Positions 26,785 to 37,854 of a stretch of DNA of 64,000 bases are shown here, piece after piece; the first letter of the stretch is position 1; every line of letters starts with the position of its first letter. A program made the translations under genes and the position numbers. Origin of the DNA: Squalus acanthias (lineage: Eukaryota); NCBI GenBank assembly GCA_030390025.1, contig CM059432.1, positions 114,826,001 through 114,890,000 of the forward strand, read 5' to 3'. Below the pieces are notes generated by a model. That model did no database searches, was not told where the DNA came from, and saw only the letters and a list, made by a program, of their open reading frames with translations.

Positions 26785-27700
26785 ATTACATAGGATTACA
26801 TAGAAAATACAGCACAGAAACAGGTCATTCGGGCCAATCAGTCCATGCCGGCATTTATGCTCCACTCGAGCCTCAACATATTCTTCCTCATCTAACTCTA
26901 TAAGCATAACCCTCCATTCCCTTCTCCCTCATATGCTTATCTAGCCTCCCCTTAAATGCATCTATACTATTCACCTCAACCACTCCCTGTGGTAGCAAGT
27001 TCCACATTCTCACCACTCTTTGGGTAAAGAAGTTTCTTCTGAATTCCCGATTTGATTTCTTGGTGACTATCTTATATTGAAGGCCTCCAGTATTTCTCTT
27101 CCCCAGAAGTGGAAACACTCTCTCTGTATCCACTCTATCAAAACCCTTCATAATTTTAAAGACTTCTATTAGGTCACCCCTCAGCCTTCTATTTTCAAGA
27201 GAAAAGAGACCCCGCCTGTTCATCCTTTCTTGATAGGTATAACCTCACAGTTCTGGTATCATCCTTGTAAATCTTTTTTGCACCCTCTCCAGTGCCTCTA
27301 TGTCCTTTTTACAATATGGCAACCATAACTGTACACAGTACTCCAAGTGTGGTCTAACCAAGGTTCGATACAAGTTTAACATAACTTCTCTACTTTTCAA
27401 TTCTATCCTTCTAGAAATAAACCATAGTGCTTGGTTTGCTTTTTTATGGCCTTATTGACCTGCATCACCACATTTAGTGATCTGTGTATCTGTACTCCCA
27501 GATTCCTTTGCTCCTCTACCCCATTTAGATTCTTATTTTCCAAGTAATATGTGACCTCCTTATTTTTCTTACCAAAATGCAATACTTCACATTTATCTAT
27601 GTTGAAATTAATTTGCCAATTGTATGCCCATTCTGCAAGTTTATTAATTTCTTCTTGTAATTTGTTGCAGTCCTCCTCAGTATTGACTATCCCCCCGCCA
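26785..27700 (-). mobile_element. CR1 3' fragment
   Basis: LFSLENRRLRGDLIEVFKIMKG, NFFTQRVVRMWN. Confidence 0.9.
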
Positions 27701-27941
27701 AATTGAATTTGGAAGGCTTGTCTTCTGGCTGGGGCTTAGTGCCCTCCTCTGCCAATTGCTGTGCTTGGGCTTACTCTTCAACCGGCTGCAGAGTAATGCC
27801 TCTTTGGATGGCAAAGGTACAATCGGCAACAGAATGCAATGATCTCGGAGACCTTGGCAGGGCTATACTGCAACACCCAAATGATCTGTGCAAACAACAG
27901 AACCCTGTTTCAACATTGCGATGGTATGGTTAGTCATTAAG

Positions 27942-28390
27942 GTGTCAGCCGTGGCTCAGTGGGTAGCACTCTCTCCTCTGAGTCAGAAGATTGTGGGTTC
28001 TAAGTCCCACTCCAGAGAATTGAGCACAAAAATCTAGGCTGACACTCCAGTGCAGTACTGAGGGAGTGCTGCACTGTCAGACCTGCTGTCTTTCGGATGA
28101 GACGTTAAACCGAGGCCCTGTCTGCTCTCTCAGGTGGATGTAAAAGATCCCATGGCACTATTTCGAAGAAGAGCAGGGGAGTTCTCGCTGAGGACCTGGT
28201 CAATATTTATCCCTCAATTAACATCACTAAAAACAGATTATCTGGTCATTATCACGGTGCTGTTTGTGGGAGCTTGCTGTATGCAAATTTGCTGCTGCAG
28301 TTCCCATATTACAACAGTGACTACACTTCAAAAACTTCATTGGCTGTGGGACGCTTTGGGACATCCTGAAGTTGTGAAAGGCACTATTTA
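27942..28390 (+). mobile_element. DeuSINE (SacSINE1/AmnSINE1-like), near full length
   Basis: tRNA-like head gtggctcagtgggtag...gggttctaagtccc; Deu-type core ctaggctgacactccagtgcagtactgagggagtgctgcac...gtaaaagatccc; L2-like tail. Confidence 0.85.
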
Positions 28391-29082
28391 TTTTCCTGCT
28401 GGCCATGTGTGCCTCATTATATCGCTTTTCACCTGTCTGTCATGGCTGTGAAAAGGGCATCATGAGCTAGGGCTATAGCGATTATCCTTGGTTCCTGAGC
28501 AGCCATTCATCCAGTCTTTCTGACCCTTCAAAATCGAGCCTTAGGTTGAAGGAGTCATGACTGTTACCACGGTAATAGGTACTTATGTGGATAATTTTGT
28601 GCCTGTGGTCACAGATGAGTTGGACATTAATAAACTGGAATTCCTGTCTGCTAATGAAGGCCGTGGGGGTGGGGGCCCACATAAATATGCATGCCATCAA
28701 TGAAGCCTGGCACATTGAGGAAACCAGAAACTGTAGTGTTCTCCTGTGCTGCTGGCACTTTCTAAAGAGATTATAATGAAGGAGTTACCCCTAGTAATCA
28801 AGACATCTACCGTCTGCTTGATACACAAGTAAAATATGTCAAATATGGCATATACCTCCTGCTCTTACTTGAAAGGATCCAGTAGCATGGAAGTCAAAGG
28901 CTGTGGTCAGCTTGACAGCAACCGGCAGAGCTGTCCCTTGTCAACAAGCGTGTGTGAAGGTCTGGCTTGATGAGATGGGATATTTCCAGGACTGCCTCCT
29001 CCAGCATGTTTAGGTAGGTACCTCTTGGTCTGTAGGACACAGGTGGTTGTGTAACAGGAGGTGTAAACACACCTGCCTCTCA

Positions 29083-29670
29083 CAGAATTATACAGCACAG
29101 AAGGAGGCCATTCGGCCCATCCTGCCTGTGCCGGCTCTTTGAAAGAGCTATTCAATTAGCCCCATTCCCCTGCTCTTGCCCCATAGCCCTTCAATTATTG
29201 ATCCAATTCCCTTTTGAAAGTTATTATGGAATCGGCTTCCACCACCCATTCAGGCAGTGCATTCCAGATCATAAGAACTCGCTGCATAAAAAAAATCTCC
29301 TTATCGCCCCTCTGGCTTTTTTGCCAATTATCTTAAATCTGTGTCCTCTGGTTACCAATACTCCTTCCAGTGGAAACAGTTTCTCCCTATCCGCTTGATC
29401 AAAATCCCTCATAATTTTGAACACCTCTATTAAATCGCCCCTTAACCATCTCTACTCTAAGGAGAACAATCCCAGCTTCGCCAGATAACTGAAGTCCCTC
29501 ATTTCTGGTACCATTCTAGTAAATCTCCTCTGCACCCTCTCCAAGGCCTTGACATCCTTCCTAAAATGTGGTACCCAGAATTGGACACAATACTCCAGCT
29601 GGAGCCTAACCAGTGATTTATAAAGGTTTACCATAATTTCCTTGCTTTTGTACTATATGCCTCTATTTAA
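29083..29670 (-). mobile_element. CR1 3' fragment
   Basis: LEYCVQFWVPHFRKDVKALERVQRRFTRM. Confidence 0.9.
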
Positions 29671-29951
29671 GAGAATGTCATGCCTCCTCAGATTATTCTC
29701 TTCTTCTATGAAACCCAGTGGCATACTCATCTTCAAAATTGTGGCGGTGATTACTTAAATTACAGATACCAACAAACTACAGGTAGAAAACAGGAGCCAC
29801 CAAAAAATTCAAAAACAAGGGCACAACCAAAATGGCAACAAATGCAGTGAAAACAATGCAAAAAAACCTTAAAGGACAATAAGTACCAGAGCAAAACAAA
29901 GTTTTACAGCTAATAGTGGCACTCCCCTTTAAGAGTGCAATTTTCAAAATA

Positions 29952-30336
29952 CAGGAAACTTTTGTTTATCCGGCACCCAAATATCAGGAATTCTCGCTTA
30001 ACCGGCAAAAATCATTCTCTGAAAACTACTCTCAAATAACCGGCAATGTTGCCGAGTCACAGTCGAGTCTCCGCGAACGCCGAGTACTCCAAAAACTCCT
30101 CTCAAATAAACGGCAATGTTGCCGATCCCGAGTCCGAGAACGCCGATTTAGTCAGTAGGGGTAGTTTTCAAAAGTGCCACTACTCGGCCTCCTGGCGCTG
30201 TCAGAAGTATACTGCACATTTCTTGATTTATTTATTTTTCTTTGTTAAAAATAGCCTCGGTAGATATAACTCTCCATTATCCGGTACTTTCGATAAACCG
30301 GCACCACGCCGGTCCCGGTTAATAAAGAGTTTCCTG
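29952..30336. mobile_element. Tc1/mariner-superfamily (Tigger/pogo-like) MITE
   Basis: TA|caggaaacttttgtttatccgg ... ccggttaataaagagtttcctg|TA; internal ~65-bp tandem duplication at 30022-30146. Confidence 0.8.
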
Positions 30337-31582
30337 TAGTTGAAAGGGTCTTCGAAGTAGTGCCGGTTTAAAATGGGTGCTGAACAACTTTTAGCTCATT
30401 TTTACTGTTGGACAAGGGAAATGGTATATTAAATCTATCTGCATAAGTTATAAAGGCTCAATTAGGAGATCATACAAAAATGTGCAATTAGCCTCTCCTC
30501 TTGAATTGTGGCCAGGCTTCCGAATGATGCCTGTATGCATTAGGCAAGAAATAGGCATTACACGGACCTGAATTTACTGTTAGCATAACTCACACTATAT
30601 TCAAATTGGTTTACAGTAGTAGACACTGAAGATGAAGTGCAGTAGCACTCAACCTAAAATAATGCTTTATGCCCTCAAAGCTAAAGATGCCCAAATTTAT
30701 TCTGGGGTGTATGATTTATAACCCTTTAGCAGCACTGATCTATTCAGCAGCCACCAGGCAGATATTATAGTACAGAACAGAATTAGACACATAAGTTTAA
30801 ATTGAAGTAATAGTTCTTGAAACAATTACCACAAAATTGTGGTAGCTAATGCAAAACCACTTAGAACCTGAAATTTTCATTTTAACTGGTCATGAACGTT
30901 TGGCAAAGGTCCAAGCTTTTATTCAATTTCTAAGCATTGGGTTTATCCTGTCATCGGTCCTGTAGATAACATGTTTAACCCACTCGCTACTCAACACACC
31001 ATTTGGCATCTCTCTACTTTGGATGCTGAAAACTGGATGTTGAAAACTGGTATCTTTATGCAGCTGTGCAGTGGCCACATACATTTTACAGCTAGTCAAT
31101 AACTATTTTAAAGAAAACCTAACACAAAAAGAGATGTCTTTCAGTTGGAAGAATTTGATTGCAAATTGAATACATTAGTACTGTAAAAATATAGGCCCAG
31201 AATTTCCTGCAGACTTGAGCTACGGTGTTGGGTTCATTTAACACCCTAAAAGTTCCAGGAAATTATGGCGTAAGTGAATTAAGCCATTATTTACTCCACG
31301 CCATAATTTCATGGGACTTTTGCCCCACTCCACCCTCATCGAAACCATGTAAAATCGATCACAGCTCTGCCGAGTTGTTAATGGTGATTGCAAATTCTTT
31401 GGATTTACATCAGTTTTCTCGCCGCAGTCACTTGGACTGAAAAATAATGACTCAGGTAAATGTCTTTACATTCATCAGTTCAAAATAATTGAGTAAAGTA
31501 AAGTAAAATCTCTGCTTTTTGCAAGTACGGTTGCATCCTGTGGCAGTCAAATTTTATGCTGGTTTGCGAATTGGTTGCAAAA

Positions 31583-31730
31583 AGAACTTGCATTTATATA
31601 GTGTGTTTTACGATCTCCAGATGTCCCAAAGCGTTTCACAGCCAATGATGTACTTTTGAAGTGTAGTCACTGTTGTAATGTAGGCAAACACAGCAGCCAA
31701 TTTACACACTGCAAGCTCCCTCAAAAATTA
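31583..31730 (-). mobile_element. DeuSINE 3' fragment
   Basis: aacttgcatttatatag...gtcccaaagcg...gtcactgttgtaatgtagg. Confidence 0.75.
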
Positions 31731-31840
31731 AATTAATGACCTTAGTGGTCGTAGTTCAAGGAACAATGAAGATCCATGATTAGTGCTACGAGGCTGTGGA
31801 GAAGGACAGTTAATTACAAAACTAAGAATACAATACTTAC

Positions 31841-32037
31841 ACAAAAGCAAAATACTGTGAATGCTGGAAATCTGAAATAAAAACAGAAAATGCTGGAAAT
31901 ACTCAGGCAGCATCTGTGTAGAGAGAAACAGAGTTAACGTTTCAGGTCAATTGGTCATCGAACTGAAACGTTAACTCTGTTTATCTCTCCACAGATGCTG
32001 CCTGACCTGCTGAGTGTTTCCAGCATTTTCTGTTTTT
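31841..32037. mobile_element. Penelope-like remnant made of two inverted pLTR ends (fold-back)
   Basis: Arms are reverse complements around 31950; 14-bp TSD aatacaatacttac at 31827 and 32038. Confidence 0.8.
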
Positions 32038-32439
32038 AATACAATACTTACTACACAATACCTTGGTAAGACGTCTTCCCTTTTGCTATTGGTGGGAAAA
32101 TCATAAACAGGGCTTTACATTTGAGTTTATGATTTTACTAAACAATGAAAAGAGGAGATTTTCCCCCAATATATTTTTAGTAGCTTGAAAATCTTACACC
32201 TTCTTAAATATGTAGGAAACTAAACATGGAAATGGAAAGAGTAAGGGGGAGGGATGGGGTGAGGAGAGAGAGAGAGGAGTCAGGAAAAGGAGAGAAAGAA
32301 AACTTTGCATAAATATTAGGGATTTTTCTTACATGAAACTCCATAAGTAGTTTAAACTAAGGCTACCTTCACAGTAATCTACATCACATGGTTTAAAAGA
32401 TATTTGTTGCAGCTGCAACTATAGGACAGCAAAGACTTA

Positions 32440-33261
32440 GGGCTCAATTTTCACTGGCCCGTGGAGGCGGGTTTGGAGGCAGGAGTGGTGTGAAAATAGC
32501 AGATTCGGGGGTCCCGAACCCATCCCGCCTCCATGCCAGTTTCCCAGGAGGCAGGTACCCGACCTGTGCTGGGACCCGCCTCCCTGAGGCGGGAAGGGGA
32601 TTAGTGCCAATAAACTGCCTGTTAACAGGCAGTTTTTTGCCTAATCCCTATTTTTAGCCCTGAAGTGTGGGCTTCCCGACAGGTCCGAACCACGCCAATT
32701 TAGCGAGGCGGACCGTCGGTCTGGAGGGCTTGGAGGGGTCGAGATGTCCGGTGTGCAGGTGAGTGATGGGTGCATGAGTGCAGAGCTAAGTGTGTTTGGT
32801 GTGTGTAAAGTGTTTTAAGAACTTGTACTTACCTTAACTTTGTCCTGCAGGCTTCCTTCCTTCAGTTTTCGGGAGTCCATCAGCTCACCGGCACAGAAAG
32901 CAGAATGGCCGCGGAGCTGTCAAAAGCTGCAGTCTCTGCTTTCTGTGCTGGATTGATTTCTAACTGAGTCTAAGTACAGGGACTCAAGTTAGAAATCATA
33001 TTGTCAGTGTTTGACAGCTTCACAGAGCTGTCAAACGCTGAAATTTCATCTGTCAAAAGCTCTTGACAGATGAAATTTCAATGGCTGACGTCACCTGTAT
33101 CCAAGGGACCCTTGATTGGGCTGCTAAGCCTGCTGGGCGGGCTTAACAAGATCAATCAAGGGAAAATACAGTGGGTTGGCCACAAGTCGATGGAGGCGGG
33201 ACTACAACCCAAAAAGTGGGAGTCCCGCCTCCATCACGTCCCCATTGACAAAATCCAGCCC
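32440..33261 (+). mobile_element. Harbinger-type non-autonomous element (copy B, related subfamily)
   Basis: TTA|gggctcaattttc ... gacaaaatccagccc|TTA; internal TGACAG palindromes. Confidence 0.88.
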
Positions 33262-33476
33262 TTAGAGTGAGAGAAAAAAAATCTCCTTTCTGCCGTAGCT
33301 CATAGCAGTTCAGACAAAAACAAATTGTGCCCAATTTTAGTCCCCTAAAATAGTGTTGATATTAAGGTCTATGGAGAAGGTCTAGAGTTGGGATCTTCTT
33401 CATGGCCTTAGTCTTAGGTCTGTTAGTTATCAGGAGAAGTTCAGGGAACTGAGGTGATTTTCATTGGAGAAACATA

Positions 33477-33621
33477 GGGAGAGAAATTTGACTTTGGCGA
33501 TAGCGCAAAACAGGCAATAGCGAATCAGCAGCCTATTTTATACCATGCTCTATTTTCCTTTCTATTGACTGCGAATTGCTATCGCTTGTTTTGCGCTATC
33601 GCCGAAGACCTATTTCATCCC
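33477..33621. mobile_element. Short palindromic MITE
   Basis: ggcgatagcgcaaaacaggcaatagc versus gctatcgcttgttttgcgctatcgcc; GGG...CCC ends. Confidence 0.7.
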
Positions 33622-34156
33622 TATTAACTTCAAGGGGATATGATTCAGGTCTTTAAAATGGTGAAGTAAATAAATTTTGTTCAGGGGGATACATTATTTG
33701 AGCTAACTAGGGAGGGGAGAACTAGAGGGCAAAATAAGAAAACATAGAATTAGGTTAGATGCCAGAAAGTACTTCTTTTCGCAGAGGGTGATCAACCTCT
33801 GCAATAGATTGCCAGAACATGTGGCGAGTAGGGATTTGCTACAGGCCTTCAAAAAGGGAGCTGGACGAGTTCCTGCAATGGAAGACATTTTGAGTTAAAG
33901 AAGGTTAGGTGGTGTTAGTTGTGACTAGTGATATCAGTTACTGTAGTCTTCTGGAACTTACTTGATCACCTTAAGGGATCAGTGACGTAACTTCCCAGTT
34001 TTTTCCTCAATTGGCCTATGTATTTTTTCTCTGATTTATGCCTCTGCAGGACATTGCATGACTAGGGGATGGGCTTACATTGCACATAGACTGCACAGTG
34101 TCTAGATGGGACAGGCTGGTCAGATCAATTGGTGTTTACTTGTCCTTTTCTTGACA

Positions 34157-35485
34157 GTGGCTCAGTTGGTAGCACTCTTAGGGCACGATCTTGCAAGCCC
34201 TGGGGAAGCAGGTATAGAGGCGGGACTGCCGGGAAAATGGCAGAATTTGGGGGCGGGTGCCCAACCCGCCTCCGTGCCATCTTGCCAGGAGGCAGGTAGC
34301 CATCCCGCGCCGGGTCCCGTCTCCTTGGAGGCGGGAAGGGGATTAGTGCCACTTATCTGCCTGTTAACAGGTAGTTAACAGGCAGATAAGAGGATTATCC
34401 CCATTTTACCCACAAAAGTGCGGGCTTCCCGAAGGCTCCGAACCCCGCCAGGGTCACAGAGGCGAGTAGTGGGTCTGCGGGGGTCGAAGGGGTCCAAAAG
34501 TGTGCTGTGGAGGTGAGTGATGGGTGCAAGTGTGGAGAGGTGAGTATGTGAGGTAAGTGGAAAGTGTTAGAAAAAGTGTACTTACCTTTGTTTCTTCCTG
34601 CAGGCTTCAATCGGTGGGTATACAGAGAGTCTCGCACCTCCGCGGCAGAGATGACAGATGGCCGTTGCATTCTCCAATGCAACAACCATCTAATTTCTGC
34701 AAAAGAAAGAGGTTTGATGAGGTCTTGAATTCAAGAACTCATCAAACTACAGAGAATGTCAGTGTTTGACAGCTTCACAGAGCTGTCAAACGATGACAAT
34801 TCCTCTGTCAAAAAATGGGGATAATCCTCTTATCTGCCTGTTAACTACCTGTTAAAATTTTTGACAGATGAAACGTCATACGCTGACGTTCTCTGTAACC
34901 GGCTTTCCCTTAATTGGCCTGCTAAACCCGCTGGGCGGGCTTAACAAGGTTAATCAAGGGAAAATAGCGTGGGTTGGCCACAAATCGATGGAGGCAGGAC
35001 ATCGACCCGCCAAGCAGAAGTCCCGCCTCCAACGCGCCCCAATTGGCAAAATCACCCCCTTACTCTCTGAGTCAGAAGGTTGTGGGTTCAAGTCCCACTC
35101 CAGAGACTTGAGCACAAAAATCTAGGCTGACACTCCAGTGCAGTGCTGAGGGAGTGCAGCACCTTCGGAGGTGCTGTCTTTCGGATGAGACGTTAAACCA
35201 AGGCCCCGTCTGCTCTCTCAGGTGGGCGTAAAAGATCCCACGGCACTACTTCGAAGAAGAGCAGGGGAGTTATCCCCGGTGTCCTGGCCAATATTTATCC
35301 CTCAATCAACATCACAAAAACAGATTATCACATTGCTGTTTGTGGGAGCTTGCTGTGCGCAAATTGGCTGCCGCATTTCCTACATTACAACAGTGACTAC
35401 ACTCCAAAAGTACCTCATTGGCTGTAAAGTGCTTTGGGACGTGGTCATGAAAGGCGCTGTATAAATGCAAGTCTTTCTTTCCTTT
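34157..35485 (+). mobile_element. DeuSINE (34157-34180 and 35060-35485) split by copy C
   Basis: gtggctcagttggtagcactctta / ctctctgagtcagaaggttgtgggttcaagtccc... Confidence 0.85.
34181..35059 (+). mobile_element. Harbinger-type non-autonomous element (copy C) inserted in a DeuSINE head
   Basis: TTA|gggcacgatcttgc ... ggcaaaatcaccccc|TTA; the SINE continues on both sides. Confidence 0.9.
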
Positions 35486-35669
35486 TATTTGTAACCCTGG
35501 TCCTTTCACTCTTGCTAATTGGGTTCAAATCCACTGATGGGATCAAATGTTCTTTCTCTCTACTGGCTGTAAGAGTTGTGTGTGATATAATTTTGGGCAA
35601 TCACAGTGGAGTCACTTCCTGAAAAAAAAAGTTAAGCCCATGAACTCCACATGTACGTAGAATGACACA

Positions 35670-36273
35670 GTGTCAGTCTGGCTTAGTGGTAGCACTCTCA
35701 CCTCTTAAATCAGTAGATTCAAGCCCCACTGCTAGAATTTCAACACATAATGGGTAATTTCACCTTCACCGCCTGGATGGTAATCTTGAGGAGTGGCTTG
35801 CCCATTCATTGTAGAACCATTGTAGAACCATGATTTCAATGGAATGAAAATTAGGTGGGTTCTGTAATGGGCAGGTGATCCACTACGCCAGATTACCAGT
35901 CAGTCGTTAAAGGTGAATATTACCCCCATAGTCTAGGCTGATACTTCTGTGCAGTACAGAGGGAGTATTACATTCTTTCGATGAGATGTTCAACCAAGGC
36001 CTAGTCAGCATTTAAGGTTGATGTAAAACATTCTGTAGTGCAATTTGAGGAAAAGAAGCGTAGAGTTCTCCCAGTGTCCTGGCCAACATTTATCCCTCAA
36101 TCAACATCACCAAAAAAAATAATTGATTGGTCGTTTATCTCACTACTGTTTGTGGGACCTTCCTGTGTGCAAATTGGCTACTGTTTGCCTACAACAGTGA
36201 CTTTACTTCAAAATTACATCAGTGGCTGTGGATCTCTTTGAGAAGTCCTGAGGACATGAAAGGCACTATATAA
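35670..36273 (+). mobile_element. Older DeuSINE with a palindromic MITE inserted at about 35751-35927
   Basis: SINE head and Deu core flank gggtaatttcaccttc...aaggtgaatattacccc. A truncated relative of this MITE is at about 18595-18690. Confidence 0.7.
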
Positions 36274-37019
36274 TTTTTTATTCACAGGTTGGAATGTGCT
36301 TCAAGTTTTTAACTCAGTTTGACGTCAGGATATTAAAGAACAACTCAAACTTATTCTTCCTGATTTATGATGTATTCTAAAGTCTTCGATGTGTTACTGA
36401 AGACTGTGTTAGTTTACATGCAACTGCATTGTAGAAATTATTAAAGGAATACGATAGAGGGTTTGCCAGCAGTTTGAATGGTTCCAAAAGTATTTTTCAT
36501 CTTACAGCGTTTCACTAATTACTACATATGGAAGGTTATACCTTTCTCCGATGAAAGATTTCTAACATGCATGCCTTTGTAATAGCAGGATTATGCTTTT
36601 GGAAATTAGTCTTATTTCATTATTTTGTGTAAAATGTGCATCTGACAGAATATAAATGAACTGTAGTTGAATGAATGAATTTATGATTGGCTTTGAGGTG
36701 CACATCAGTGTTGGCCTTGGTGTCACTTTCACCTATTACTAATGAAAAGATAGCTAGGGATTGCAAAAAACATTGTGACTGCAAGTTGTCATGTTACAAG
36801 TCATAGTTTTCATCTTGGGAAAGTGCGTCATAAGGGAACTGGATGGTGTAGTAGAGTAGCAAACTGTCCTCTCATTTCAGGAATGATTACATAAAGGTGT
36901 CCTGTCTCTGTCCACTGTAAAGCTTCTATGTGAAATTAGTTTGGACACCCTCTACCCAGTCTCCAATATTAGTACACCTACAGCACGAGTCTGTCAAACT
37001 CAATCAAACAGTGTATAAG

Positions 37020-37745
37020 GCTAAAATAACAACAGAAAGTGCTGGAAACACTCAGCAGGTCAGGCAGCATCTAGGAGAGGAGAAACAGAGTCAACGTTTC
37101 GGGTCGAACACTTCGTCAGAACTGGAAAAGGTTAGGGAGGAGAGATTTTTAAGCAGGGGCAGGGAGGAGGGGAGGAAAGAACAAAGGGAAGGTCTGTGAT
37201 AGGATGGAAGGCAGGAGAGATTGAATGACAAAAAGGATGATAGTGCAAGGCAAAAGGAGAGATAATGGGACAAGTTAAGAAACAAAAGATGGCTCTAGAT
37301 GAGGTGTGAATGATGATGGCAGCAACATTAACAGCTACCGTGTGAGGAAACAAGAGATAAAAAAAGAAAGAAATACAGGGGCCAATTTATAGTCTGAAAT
37401 TGTTGAACTCGATGTTAAGTCCAGAAGGTTGTAAAGTGCCTACTAGAAAGATGAGGTGCTGTTCCTCGACCTTACGTTGAGCTTCGTTGGAACAAGGTAA
37501 GAGGCCGAGGATGGAGAGATCAGAGTGGGAGTGGAGGGGAGAATTAAAGTGACAGGCGACCGGAAGCTCGGGGTTATGCTTTCGGACTGAGCGGAGGTGT
37601 TCCACAAAGCAGTCACCCAACGTAGAGGAGACCGCACCGTGAGCAGCGAATACAGTATACTAAATTGTAAGAAGTACAAATAAATCGCTGTTTCACCTAG
37701 AAGGAGTGTTTGGGGCCCTGGACGGTGGGAAGGGAGGAGTTAAAA
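37020..37745 (-). mobile_element. Penelope-like element 3' part (GIY-YIG region plus pLTR)
   Basis: GDCFVEHLRSVRKHNPELPVACHFNS...EEQHLIFLVGTLQPSGLNIEF; collinear with 40223-40970. Confidence 0.85.
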
Positions 37746-37854
37746 GTTAGCTGGTAAGGGAATAGATAAATTCATGGTGGTGCAGGGTGGAGGCTCTGAG
37801 GGTAGCATGTTGCCAGGACAGAGTAAAGCTAACTTTAATTCTGGATCTCTCTGA

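Larger units (their letters stand above)
25290..30420. mobile_element. Second, older Harbinger fossil (Myb remnant on plus at about 25610-25830; transposase remnant on minus at about 28430-29080), heavily interrupted
   Basis: Plus strand AAFENAALEVLLQEVLQTRTAL resembles the SANT N-terminus. Minus strand FQFINVQLICDHRHKIIHI...GNSHDSF...WLL resembles the transposase at 2553-3763. Same convergent layout; ends unclear. Confidence 0.6.

Noticed and set aside
27950..28015. tRNA gene (also 14136, 35060, 54650)
   Set aside because: A/B boxes run straight into SINE bodies; these are SINE heads.
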